Positions 20,617 through 30,537 of a stretch of DNA of 64,000 bases are shown in pieces. The stretch lies in the IMG/VR virus record IMGVR_UViG_3300050821_003860, positions 4,023 to 68,022 of that record; one strand, 5' to 3'. A program made the translations under genes and the position numbers. Each line of letters starts with the position of its first letter. The first letter of the stretch is position 1. The DNA comes from a virus. The notes under the pieces are model-generated. The model had not been told where the DNA came from, searched no databases, and worked only from the letters and a program-made list of their open reading frames with translations.

Positions 20617-22584
20617 ATGCGATTTGTCCAACTGCCACGGTTGACGCAGGGGCAACAGAACTCCCCGGACTTCATTGACTTCCTCAACCGCATGGCCGAC
20701 GCGATTGAGTTGGTCTCCAACATCACCGGCACGCCACCCATCGACGTCTTGGTTCATTCAGGGGGGATGTGCGTTCGTTACACGGGCCCCCCACAAGTGG
20801 CGAAGGTGTCTGTTTCGTCGACGGTCACAGTCGACGGCCTCTATCCCTGTACCATCGAGTCCTATAACGATGGCACGTTTTACGCCTTCATCACTGCGGT
20901 TACATCGGGCACGAACAATCCCACGATTACGACGGCTGCGGACCACAATTTGACGGTCGGGCAGCTGATATTCATTACCGGGGTCGTCGGCGCGATTCAG
21001 GTCAACGGTCCGGCCATTGTGCTTTCGACGCCGACCTCAAAGACGTTAACTATTCAGACGGATTTGTTCACGACCAACTACACCAGCGGCGGAACGATTC
21101 TTTCGGTGCCGTCGTGGATGCCAGAGGACGCCACAGGCTGGGTATTCCCCCCTCAGGGAGAGGTTTTGCTGGAGGAGAACTATCCGGCCCTACTGCTCGG
21201 CACCCATTCGGACCTGAAGCCAGTATTTACGGTCACGGCGCCGGCGGTGAAGGTGCGGATTCTCGGCGCCGACACAATGCTATTCAGCAACGTAGCGGTT
21301 GCGGACACCGGTATCACGGTCTCTTCGCTGCTGCCGTTTATGAACCCGAGTCGGTATATACTCGTCGGCGCCGAGATGATGAACTACACCGGCGCCACCT
21401 TCCCCATCGCCTCGGTAGGCAGCAACCCGCTAGGGCAACTCAATTCGCTGACACGCGGGGCACTGGGCACGACCGCGACGACGCACACCATCGGCGATTG
21501 GGTGCGAAGCGCGATTTACTTGACGGCCGGCATCGGTACCACGGACACGACGATATCGGTTTACAACCCAACCGCGAGCGCTCCGGAGCAGTTCCTTCCG
21601 AGTCAGTACCCTTACTATCTATATCTCGGGAATCAGAACGCCCAAACCGGGGAAGTGATTCAGGTCCAGGCGTTCATTTCCGCGACTAGTGCAATCAACT
21701 TGCAGGTCGTTCGGGGCGCTGACGGGAACCCCGCGCAGTCATGGGGAACGAATACCCCAGTGACACTCTGGACGCCTTACAGCCCAACTCCAGGCGACGG
21801 GAAGTTTGGCCCGTGGGGACTTCGCCAGGGCGCCGTCACGGTATATATACCGATCATCAACACCGGTCAGTGGATTGACATCGCTACTGTCTTCGTGACC
21901 CCGGTCAACACGTTCTCAAACCCCGGCGCCCAGACGCCGGCCTACTTCGCCCCCCTCTATGCCGGGAAGCGATACACGGCGATCCTGGACCCGAGCGGGG
22001 TTCCGCATCTTACGAATCCACCGCCGCTTTACGATGTGCAGGCCGAGTGGGAGCCGCCTACGTACATCAGCGGGGGAGGGACGTTCAGCTTCAATTTCGC
22101 AGGCTTTTCCCCGACGACGGGGAACGGCATTCGATTCCCCTTGAATGCCGGCACTCCGTCGAGTGGCACCCGAACCGATCAGTGGACCGTCCAACTCCCT
22201 CAGAGTCCGGCTACGAATTGGATGGTCCGGGTTGACTGTTACATAGCGGGCGCTGGACCTCTCACCCCGCCTGCCGGATCCTTCGGGGCTATCACTCTCT
22301 GGAACATCACCACGAGCACGAACGCGACGACGTTCACCGGGACTGCTCTGGCGACGGAGACGAGCGGCATCCCGAATACGACGCAGAGCGGACTGTTGCC
22401 GGCGATCAACTTCTTTGCGATCGGTTTTCTTTCCAGCGGCTCATCCTTCTCCGTGGGCATGCAGAGTAATTACAACTTCGCTAACGCCGTAGACTTACCG
22501 ACCGGACCTCTCGGAATCGTGACCCTGATTCCGATGGCCACCTTCCCGATTTACAACCCCGCCCAACTCTTCAACCCCGGCTAG
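20617..22584 (+). CDS. Tail fibre/tip protein, Thr/Gly-rich beta domains
   Basis: ITTAADHNLTVGQLIFITGVVG; two RGA(L/D)G repeats. Confidence 0.65.
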   Translation: MRFVQLPRLTQGQQNSPDFIDFLNRMADAIELVSNITGTPPIDVLVHSGGMCVRYTGPPQVAKVSVSSTVTVDGLYPCTIESYNDGTFYAFITAVTSGTNNPTITTAADHNLTVGQLIFITGVVGAIQVNGPAIVLSTPTSKTLTIQTDLFTTNYTSGGTILSVPSWMPEDATGWVFPPQGEVLLEENYPALLLGTHSDLKPVFTVTAPAVKVRILGADTMLFSNVAVADTGITVSSLLPFMNPSRYILVGAEMMNYTGATFPIASVGSNPLGQLNSLTRGALGTTATTHTIGDWVRSAIYLTAGIGTTDTTISVYNPTASAPEQFLPSQYPYYLYLGNQNAQTGEVIQVQAFISATSAINLQVVRGADGNPAQSWGTNTPVTLWTPYSPTPGDGKFGPWGLRQGAVTVYIPIINTGQWIDIATVFVTPVNTFSNPGAQTPAYFAPLYAGKRYTAILDPSGVPHLTNPPPLYDVQAEWEPPTYISGGGTFSFNFAGFSPTTGNGIRFPLNAGTPSSGTRTDQWTVQLPQSPATNWMVRVDCYIAGAGPLTPPAGSFGAITLWNITTSTNATTFTGTALATETSGIPNTTQSGLLPAINFFAIGFLSSGSSFSVGMQSNYNFANAVDLPTGPLGIVTLIPMATFPIYNPAQLFNPG

Positions 22585-22625
22585 TGGGCTATAATTGGTT
22601 TGCCCTCTCTCCCGGAGTATCGACC

Positions 22626-23822
22626 ATGCGAAGGATTCTATGGCTCTCCCTTCTGCTGACCGGCTGTAACACCGGACACGGCGAGTCCGTTGTAGTGCAA
22701 AATTGCACTCCTGCGGACACCGAAGGTAGCAAATCCGCGCAGGTGTACCGGGGAGGTACACCGGAAGTAGCCCGCAGGTGTGACCCCCCTGCACACCTGA
22801 AACCTCCGACTCCGGAAGAGGAGGTCGATCGCTGGCAAACCCTGCAATCTTCGCGGATTTCACCGGCTAGGGATTGGGGCTTTTGGAAGTTCACTACCGG
22901 GGACTACCGAGAACAACTGAAGGCGAAGGTAACGAGCCTTCCTCCGATCCATTTCGACGACGCCGGACGGAAGGTGCCGCATCCGATCCGGTTCTACCCG
23001 CTTTCGGCGCCCGGATTTCCACTGGTCGAGATCAACGCGGCCGAGCAGTTGCGGCACGTCTACGATCCGTCCAGCCTCGATCAGTTCAGGAAGGACAAGC
23101 CCGTTGTCCGTGCCTCACGATGGCTACGCGGCAAGGGAATTGACCTGATTCTGGTCCCAGTGCCGAAGATGACCGAGGTCTACATCGAGCACTTCATCGA
23201 CGGCGCTCCGGCAATCATCGCGCCGCACGTCCGACAGACGATAGACGAGATGATCGCAGACGACGTGGAGGTAGTGGACCTCTTCCCGTTGTTCCGCCAG
23301 CATCGAAAGGAGTGGCTCTACAACACGGTTGATCGGCACTGGTCTCCGGCAGGGCAGAATCTCGCGGCGAAAGAAGTAGCCCAGCGTCTGAAGCGGTACG
23401 GTTTTGCCCGGAGAGATTTCGCACTGGAGAGGCAACCCTACACGGTCCTGCCGTCCTTCCAGGCGACAACCGCACCCGGAGCCATGCCGGAGCAAGAGGG
23501 CTGGGCATTCCTGACACCCGCTCAGAGGATTCTGGCCGAGAAAGTGCAAACTAGATATTGCGAAGTCCCCATTCCAAACGAAGATGATCCAGCTTCACCG
23601 GTTCTCCTGATCGGCAACAGCTACGTCCCGAACTTCCGCGAGCAACTCATCCGGCAGGCGGGTACACTGATACGGACGCACTGGCGCCCGGCCGAGACGA
23701 CGGAAAGCTTCGCAGACTTCGTGCGAGAGCCGGAGATGCTAGAGGGTGTGCGGGTAGTGGTGTGGGTAACTACCAATTGGCACCTGACCCATTTCAAGCC
23801 GTTGCCGGAGGAAGTGCGATGA
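22626..23822 (+). CDS. AlgX/AlgJ-like SGNH O-acetyltransferase, predicted lipoprotein
   Basis: Lipobox LLLTGC; LVPVPK, YNTVDRHWSPAG (DxH), VLLIGNSY (Ser); TATAAT at about 22590. Confidence 0.75.
   Translation: MRRILWLSLLLTGCNTGHGESVVVQNCTPADTEGSKSAQVYRGGTPEVARRCDPPAHLKPPTPEEEVDRWQTLQSSRISPARDWGFWKFTTGDYREQLKAKVTSLPPIHFDDAGRKVPHPIRFYPLSAPGFPLVEINAAEQLRHVYDPSSLDQFRKDKPVVRASRWLRGKGIDLILVPVPKMTEVYIEHFIDGAPAIIAPHVRQTIDEMIADDVEVVDLFPLFRQHRKEWLYNTVDRHWSPAGQNLAAKEVAQRLKRYGFARRDFALERQPYTVLPSFQATTAPGAMPEQEGWAFLTPAQRILAEKVQTRYCEVPIPNEDDPASPVLLIGNSYVPNFREQLIRQAGTLIRTHWRPAETTESFADFVREPEMLEGVRVVVWVTTNWHLTHFKPLPEEVR
22695..22797. repeat. Composite element inside the AlgX-like gene: GTGCAAAATTGCAC (22695-22708) plus two GGTGT-N11-ACACC (22742-22762, 22777-22797)
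   Basis: Read directly. Confidence 0.85.
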
Positions 23823-24062
23823 AGACCACGATGAAAACCGGAGTGGTGATAATCACTGGTCCGATGCGCAAGTCAGTTTGGCCAGCCGTCGTTCAGACTT
23901 TTGATCCAATCACCTGCACTTGGAAAGACGGCAAAAAGTGCTGGGCAAAGCATTTGAACGGCGGAATTCTCATGCCTAGCCAGAGATACGCCGGGCTTCG
24001 TTCTCGTAAGCGTTCTCCTGGTCGCCGTGCAATCTACAAGTGTTCTTGAGGAAGTCAGATAG

Positions 24063-24962
24063 ATGGGTTGCCCGAAACTGACTCCGTTCCCGCGCCTCCG
24101 GGCAGACTCTCCGGAGGCGTTTCGTCGCGCCCGCTTACCACGTCTGTACGACCCCGGTCCGGTGCGTCCCTACCGAGCGGCGGACTTGGAGTACGTGCGG
24201 AAGCCGAACTTCGCCGTACAGACGATTGGAGCCACATCCACGAACGGATCAACGGGACTATCGGGTTCCGGCGGGAATACTAATTTCACAGCAAGCGGCA
24301 CATCGCCAACGTGGGGTGGAACCACGGTAGCAGGGAGTTACCTTGCGCTGGTCATTGGCTGGTCTTCTACTCCCGGCACGGTGACAGTATCCGGCTCATG
24401 GGCGATCCACGGGACTATCCACAACGCCGGCAACACGTACCTCTCCATTTACGAGATCGTCAACGCCGCCTCGCAGACATCCGGGACCGGACCTACGATC
24501 ACTTGGGGAACATCGGTCAATGCTTGTGCCGTGTGCATGATCGAGGTGAAGGGCACGGCGACCAGCAGCCCGCAGGACGGTTCGGATCAGACGGCCAGCG
24601 GTGCCACAACAACTCCTGCCGGCGGGGCAATCACGACCGCCAGCGCCAACGATTGCATCCTTTGCGGGCTGAATCAGTCGATCAATAGTGCGGCCACGAT
24701 TGATACGTGGTCCTCGCCCCTGCCTGCCGGGACTACTCTGATCTCCTCAACGGCATCGGCTGCGGGGGGTACGGGATTCAAGGGAGCCTGTCGGGTAGGG
24801 TTCAACTATCAAATTGTGACAAGCACGCAAACCGGTTATACTCCGTCCGTGACATCTAACGGTACGCAGCAGTGGTTCGGACTGACCTACGCCGTGAAGG
24901 CAGCCGCAACATTCGTGGGCGACGAAGAGGGCATGACCATTTCCTTCCGACAGAACTGGTAG
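24063..24962 (+). CDS. Putative virion fibre/appendage protein (Thr/Ser/Gly-rich)
   Basis: Composition and location; ends FVGDEEGMTISFRQNW. Confidence 0.6.
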   Translation: MGCPKLTPFPRLRADSPEAFRRARLPRLYDPGPVRPYRAADLEYVRKPNFAVQTIGATSTNGSTGLSGSGGNTNFTASGTSPTWGGTTVAGSYLALVIGWSSTPGTVTVSGSWAIHGTIHNAGNTYLSIYEIVNAASQTSGTGPTITWGTSVNACAVCMIEVKGTATSSPQDGSDQTASGATTTPAGGAITTASANDCILCGLNQSINSAATIDTWSSPLPAGTTLISSTASAAGGTGFKGACRVGFNYQIVTSTQTGYTPSVTSNGTQQWFGLTYAVKAAATFVGDEEGMTISFRQNW

Positions 24963-24965
24963 GCC

Positions 24966-25391
24966 ATGACTACACCGCACGTCCTTGACGATTGCCGCAC
25001 GAAGATAGCGAATACCTTCGTGGGAGACTGGGAGCTCCCCAGCGGCCGAGTCGTCCGCATTCTACTGGAGTACACTTATTGCTGCTCGTGCGGCAAACTC
25101 TATGGCGTCTGTCCTTCCGAGAACATGGTGGACGTGCTCTGCTTCTGCCGGAAGTGCTGGGAGAAGTACGGCGAGGAAATGATCTCCGGATACTACGTCT
25201 CCAGTACCGAGCAGTTCTGCCAGGATGTGGGCAATGAACTAATGGAGCGATTCGGCTATACTCCCACGGACGTCGAGATTTTCGAGTTTGCCAAGGATCA
25301 TCGACTCGGCCCGGCGCTCGAGGCACTCATGCGAGACAGCCCTTTCCCGGTCCCGGACGACAACGGTTTCGGCAATCGCCCGAAACGCTAG
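24966..25391 (+). CDS. Cys-rich hypothetical protein
   Basis: CCSCGK...CFCRKC. Confidence 0.6.
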   Translation: MTTPHVLDDCRTKIANTFVGDWELPSGRVVRILLEYTYCCSCGKLYGVCPSENMVDVLCFCRKCWEKYGEEMISGYYVSSTEQFCQDVGNELMERFGYTPTDVEIFEFAKDHRLGPALEALMRDSPFPVPDDNGFGNRPKR

Positions 25392-25449
25392 GCCCAAATC
25401 AGCGTAGGTGTACACCCCTGATACACCCAGCCAATAAGGGACAGTAACG

Positions 25450-26325
25450 ATGGACAATCGGCCCCAAATCAAGTCGGGAATGGCCCGGATTCTGAAGAAG
25501 ATCGAGGATGATCCGGCCCCGAATATCCGCGTCCACGTCGCGCAGTGTACGCTCCTGCGACCAACCGGGATGGTGTCCGGATTCTGGTCGCGGTGTGTTC
25601 AATCCATGTTTCGGGAGAACTGCTCCGGGTGGAGCATTCACTACCTACAGGACGCCAAAGGGGGAGAGATCGCGGAAGGCCGCAACGCCATCGTGGCGAG
25701 CGTTCTGGCAGAGGACCGACAGTCCCCGGTGTCGCGTACGCTCTGGATCGACGACGACGTGCTTGTGCAGCCCGGGCTGTCGATGGAGCTTTTGCTTCAG
25801 GACAAGGACATCATCTCTGGCGTCTACTTCACGAAGCGCGAGGGAGACTTGTCTCGGCCGCTGATCTACCGGGAGTTGGGGAGCGGGTCCGACACGTTCC
25901 GGCCGAATGCTGTCTATCCGGTGTTCGGGCATGGCATGGGTCTGTGCATGATCCGCACGGAAGTCTACAAACGCATGTGGGCGGAACTGGACCTTGGAAC
26001 GGACAAATACGGCAACCCGCAGTGGTATCGGGAGACGTTCAAGGAGCCGCCGGTCCTCTTGGAAAACGGGGTCATGGACACGGGCGATACGGAGGATATG
26101 TACTTCTTGAAGAACGCCCACAAGCTGGGCTATCAGCCGTGGATCGACTGCCGCAAGCACGCCTTCGGGTTTCACCATCAGCCGGCGAAGGTGGAGACGG
26201 ACAAGTTCGGCCGGCGCAAGGTGGTACAAGAGGAGACCGGCTATCCTCAGGCTCAATATGCCGCATGGGTGGCGGGCGAGAAAATTAGTTGGGAAACGCC
26301 CGAAGGCATGATAACTTGGGATTGA
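25450..26325 (+). CDS. GT-A fold (family 2-like) glycosyltransferase
   Basis: IAEGRNAIV, LWIDDDV, DIISGVY, GMGLCMIRTEVY, TEDMYF, GYQPWID. Confidence 0.85.
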   Translation: MDNRPQIKSGMARILKKIEDDPAPNIRVHVAQCTLLRPTGMVSGFWSRCVQSMFRENCSGWSIHYLQDAKGGEIAEGRNAIVASVLAEDRQSPVSRTLWIDDDVLVQPGLSMELLLQDKDIISGVYFTKREGDLSRPLIYRELGSGSDTFRPNAVYPVFGHGMGLCMIRTEVYKRMWAELDLGTDKYGNPQWYRETFKEPPVLLENGVMDTGDTEDMYFLKNAHKLGYQPWIDCRKHAFGFHHQPAKVETDKFGRRKVVQEETGYPQAQYAAWVAGEKISWETPEGMITWD

Positions 26326-26478
26326 ACAAAAACGGGACGCTCTGAGCTTCGCAGGCTCTCGGCGTCCCTGGCACCCAACCTGTAACGGAGGCTGGAATGC
26401 TTGGAGCGATTTTACAAGATTCCGGCGAGCTTAGGGGCTAGCTTCCGGAAGCAAGGTAGGCCCCGGTGGAGACCTACC

Positions 26479-26997
26479 TTGGCATTCATCTACCAGATGT
26501 GCTGCAAGCAGACGCTCGAAAACATGGCCACTAGCGGGTCCGCCAATACCGAGGTGGATTTCGTGTTCGTGAAGCCCGGCGCGTCGAGAACCGTCTCCGC
26601 GCAAAAGGTTAGCGTCCAGGGGAAGGGCGCTCAGCTCACTGCTCTCTCTGGCATTTCTGTCCGCCTGAAACAGTGGACCTCAACAGCCTCGACCACTGTT
26701 GCGGGCACTGGCACAACGCCACAACCAAAGAACAATCTCGTACCCGCTTGCGTGGCGACGTCCGGACAAGCGACCTCTGCGGCGTCCAACATCACCAGCG
26801 GGACAGGTGGCCCGCAGCAAGTCGGTTATCAGGGTATGGGCGGCTCCGGTCCTGGCGGTAACGCTCCGATCAACCCGGACGATTCGCCGCTCTTGGACGG
26901 CAATGCAACGAAGTCTATGGACCTTTTCTCGTCCTGTCCGACCGCCTCGCTCTCGTTTGAGTGGGCGCTGGACATCTCCGAAGCCGGCTCGGCGTGA
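26479..26997 (+). CDS. Putative virion beta-sandwich protein
   Basis: TTG start after GGAG; Ser/Thr/Gly-rich. Confidence 0.55.
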   Translation: MAFIYQMCCKQTLENMATSGSANTEVDFVFVKPGASRTVSAQKVSVQGKGAQLTALSGISVRLKQWTSTASTTVAGTGTTPQPKNNLVPACVATSGQATSAASNITSGTGGPQQVGYQGMGGSGPGGNAPINPDDSPLLDGNATKSMDLFSSCPTASLSFEWALDISEAGSA

Positions 26998-27012
26998 TCT
27001 AAAGGGGATCAA

Positions 27013-27292
27013 AATGGCCTTGACCAAAGAAAGTATTCGCGGCGGGTTTGCGTTGTTCGATGGTCCTTTCAAGGTAGCCATCGTCAACACCCTTCAAGAC
27101 TCGCCGGAACGGGAGTACGACCAGATAACCGATCACACCGGGCAACCGAAGATGCTCCAGAAGATGCCCAAAGAAGTCGGTCTTCAACGGCCTCACTGGC
27201 GCATTCATTTCTGTTCGCCGCAGCAGTCCATCGAACAGCTTCAGGCCGTGCTCGATGCGATTCCCAAGGAAGAAGCAGCCGAGCAAAAGTAA
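27013..27292 (+). CDS. Hypothetical protein
   Basis: GGGGA RBS, MALTKES start. Confidence 0.55.
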
Positions 27293-27331
27293 CCGCGTCA
27301 CCCTTTCCCCTAAATGGGCTGGTGATGCGCG

Positions 27332-28801
27332 ATGGAACTGATCTTCAACGTCGACCGGCGTCCGCCTCCTTGGATTGCTATGGAGCAAGAGGAGGAGTTG
27401 CTCGGGTTCGCTTTCGCACTGGAGCAAGAGGAGCCTTACGCCCTTCTGAGCTTCCCTCCCGTCATGCAGGTGACGTGGACGCCCAATGTCGTTATGGACG
27501 ACGAGATCATGGGCGCCCATCTCGCAGCTTTTGCACTGGAACAGGAAGAACCTTCGATACCACTGTCCACGAAAGTACCGTGGTCCCCAAACGTCGTCGC
27601 GCAGGAGGAAGAGACGCCGATCGCGTTCGACCAGGAAGAACCCCCGCCTCCCTTGTCGATGGCGATCCCTTTCACGCCAAATGTCTCCCTTGAGCAAGAG
27701 GAGGCGATTGCGATTCTCGGTATCGAACAGGAGGAACCCTCGATACCGCTATCGATGGCGATTCCCTTTACGCCTCACGTCTTCGCCAACCGGGAAGAAG
27801 AGATAGCTATTCTCGGGCTGGAGCAGGAAGAGCCGTCGATTCCCCTGTTCACCTCGATCATCTGGACGCCGAACGTCTATGCGAACCGGGAGGAAGAGGT
27901 ACACACGTTCGGCATCGATCAAGAGGAGCCTCCTCCCCCGCTGTCGATGTCCGTCCCCTTCACGCCGCGCAACTTCTTGGACGATGAAATCACCGGGGCT
28001 AACTTGGCACACTTCGGCATCGATCAAGAGGAATTCTGGCAACGGCTCACTTCCTCACTCATTTGGACGCCGAATGTCGCTATCGACGACGAAGCCAACG
28101 CGCACTTGATTACTGCCGCTATTGAGCAAGAGGACGCGGCGCCGGTCCGGCAAATGTCCGTCGTGTGGACGCCGTTTGTCGCAATGGATGAAGACCCCAC
28201 TTCGCCGCAAGCAAATTTCGCTCTGGATCAAGAGGAATTTTGGCAACCGCTCACAACCTCAGTGGCTTGGACCCCCTCTGTCGTCTTGGATGAGGATCCC
28301 GCCCCTCCCCCATTGTCCGGGTTCGGGATGGATCAAGAGGAGTTCCTCGCGTTTCAGGCGATGAGCGTAGTCTGGACGCCCTTTGTCGTCACAGACGAAC
28401 ATGCGGGCGCCGCACTGGCCTTTGCCTCTCTGGATCAAGAGGACGCGGCGGTCATTCAAACGATGTCCGTGGTGTGGACTCCCACCGTCACCACGGACGA
28501 TGAGATCACGGGTCACTCGCTGGCAGGATTCGGGCTGGACGAAGAGTACAACTACACTCCGCTTGTGCAGTCGGTGCCGTGGAACGGACTGGCGGTTGTC
28601 TCCTTTGCGATTGCCGACGACATTCAGCCCTTCCCGGCGGTTTCCCCACTCGGGCCGCAGTTTTTGATCATTGCCCCGCCGCTTCTTTACAGCGGTATCG
28701 GGGTTGGGTTAACATTCACCACCACGACGCAGCCTCTCAACCTAGCTGCCATCGATCCGGGGCTGGTGTTCATCGTGCGGGTGCAGGGGAATAACCAGTG
28801 A
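27332..28801 (+). CDS. Acidic tandem-repeat protein (about 12 units of 31-39 aa, [DE]QE[ED]...[WF]TP)
   Basis: Repeats visible in translation and DNA. Confidence 0.75.
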   Translation: MELIFNVDRRPPPWIAMEQEEELLGFAFALEQEEPYALLSFPPVMQVTWTPNVVMDDEIMGAHLAAFALEQEEPSIPLSTKVPWSPNVVAQEEETPIAFDQEEPPPPLSMAIPFTPNVSLEQEEAIAILGIEQEEPSIPLSMAIPFTPHVFANREEEIAILGLEQEEPSIPLFTSIIWTPNVYANREEEVHTFGIDQEEPPPPLSMSVPFTPRNFLDDEITGANLAHFGIDQEEFWQRLTSSLIWTPNVAIDDEANAHLITAAIEQEDAAPVRQMSVVWTPFVAMDEDPTSPQANFALDQEEFWQPLTTSVAWTPSVVLDEDPAPPPLSGFGMDQEEFLAFQAMSVVWTPFVVTDEHAGAALAFASLDQEDAAVIQTMSVVWTPTVTTDDEITGHSLAGFGLDEEYNYTPLVQSVPWNGLAVVSFAIADDIQPFPAVSPLGPQFLIIAPPLLYSGIGVGLTFTTTTQPLNLAAIDPGLVFIVRVQGNNQ

Positions 28802-29493
28802 GCGTCAGCATTCCCCCGGTCCAGATTTATGGCCTTGTGGACTTCAACGGCAACGGCGTTTTCACCCGCACCTACACCGTCTCCTATGCCCCCTTCGTGG
28901 AAATCCAGGGCGGCGCCACCATCATCAGTGCCAATGCCGTGGGAGGCTCGGGAATCAGCGCCGTACTAGGTTCTCCCGGCACTACGTCGGTCCCTATCAC
29001 AATCAGCGGGGGAAGTCTGACGGGCGGGGAGGACACACAAGGCAATCCGGGCGGCCCGAACTACACCGGCAGCATTCAGGTCGTGCTGTCGAACAATGCC
29101 AAAGTCGAACAGCCCTACCTCTATACCCTGGTGACGGCGGGGAACGGGCCGGCGCAATCGAACTTTCTGAACTTCATCACCCTCCCAAAGACGCCGTACT
29201 ACGACCGCTTTTATCAGTTCCCGTTCGGCAAATACTTCCCCGATTGGTCGACGGGGAATCCCATCACCGGCACGCCTACGGTGGTCGCGGACAGCACGGC
29301 CGGGGGATTGGTGCTCGGGATACCCACTGTGTTTACCGGGGGCCTGGTGGTGTGCGAGATACGCGGGGGAAGTTTGACGGGTGGTTTGAATAGTGACGGG
29401 GTGTACAATCTGATTGCCCGATGCGATTTGCAGGACGGGACGCAACTGGCAATGGCCGGGCAGCTTCAGTTGCTTACGAACATGCCGCTGTGA
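28798..29493 (+). CDS. Putative virion protein with two internal repeats (ISGGSLTGG / IRGGSLTGG)
   Basis: GTGA overlap; internal duplication. Confidence 0.6.
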   Translation: MSVSIPPVQIYGLVDFNGNGVFTRTYTVSYAPFVEIQGGATIISANAVGGSGISAVLGSPGTTSVPITISGGSLTGGEDTQGNPGGPNYTGSIQVVLSNNAKVEQPYLYTLVTAGNGPAQSNFLNFITLPKTPYYDRFYQFPFGKYFPDWSTGNPITGTPTVVADSTAGGLVLGIPTVFTGGLVVCEIRGGSLTGGLNSDGVYNLIARCDLQDGTQLAMAGQLQLLTNMPL

Positions 29494-29502
29494 GGAATAC
29501 CA

Positions 29503-30490
29503 ATGACACGCGATGAGTTACTCGAAAAGATTTCCAAAGCATGGCCCGCGATTGCGGCTACGTTCCGAGTGCCGTTGCCTCCGAAGTTTGAGACCGTGAA
29601 GACGGAGTACATGCACGACTTTGAGAAGTACGGGTGCATCATCGAAGCCACGGACGAATGCTTGCAGTTCGACCTCAGCGATAAGGTCATCAATGAGCTT
29701 CATACGGCCGCTCGCAATCTTGGCCGGAAGATTCGCGGCTTGTGGTATGAAGCGATGTCTCTAGACAGTCGAGAGGTTTATCTCGGCCCTCACTGAAGGC
29801 ATGGATCGGGAAGGCAAGTTGAAGCTAGGCGAGGATTGTTTCCGAGAATCGACCATCGACCTCTGTTGGCTGGAGAACTGGCCGCTAACGTGTGTCCAGG
29901 GGCCGCCTGAAATCGACTTCGATACAGGTTTGCCCGTTCCCGGAGCCTCACCCGTCCGCTTCAAGATATCCATTCGCGGCGGGTGGCGATGGATCACTCA
30001 TTACGAGAAAACGATCCTCGAAATGGGCGGGGTGATCGCTCGACTCATGCTGCCCGAACCGCGACTGTTGCCGATGGACTCGGTGAAGTGGGATCCGATC
30101 CGGGAAGGCGAAGTATACCCTCTCATTCGGAAAGTAGGGAAGGACGATTAGAGATGTCCTTTGTCCGTTCGAGTGCAATTTTGCACAGGGGAGGACAAGC
30201 CCATGTCCGTCGTGGAAAGCTACTTTGATCAGGCCAGAGCGAGGATGTGCTACGCCTTCCCGGACGGCGATGTCTCGGAAGTCCTTTGGGAGAAGTACCC
30301 GCAAGATGCCGGCGTCCGGTACACGTTCACGGTCGACCTCGGCTACCCGGAGCCGGTTGTCGTCCACATGATCGTAACGCGGGAGGACGCCCGCCGGACC
30401 AAATCACCCGATCAACTAGCGATGCTGTACCGCAACCGGATCGAGAGAGCACTGGCGGAATTGGGGCGCCAGACCAATCGGAAGGTTTAG
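29503..30490 (+). CDS. Three small hypothetical ORFs (29503-29796, 29801-30151, 30203-30490)
   Basis: Tightly packed with plausible RBS. Confidence 0.5.
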
Positions 30491-30537
30491 GTGTACACCC
30501 CCGGTACACCCAGCCTAAAAAGGGACAAGCTTTGTCT

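Noticed and set aside
27332-28801. Repeat gene as a diversity-generating retroelement TR/VR pair
   Set aside because: No reverse transcriptase in the window; unit differences are not adenine-specific.
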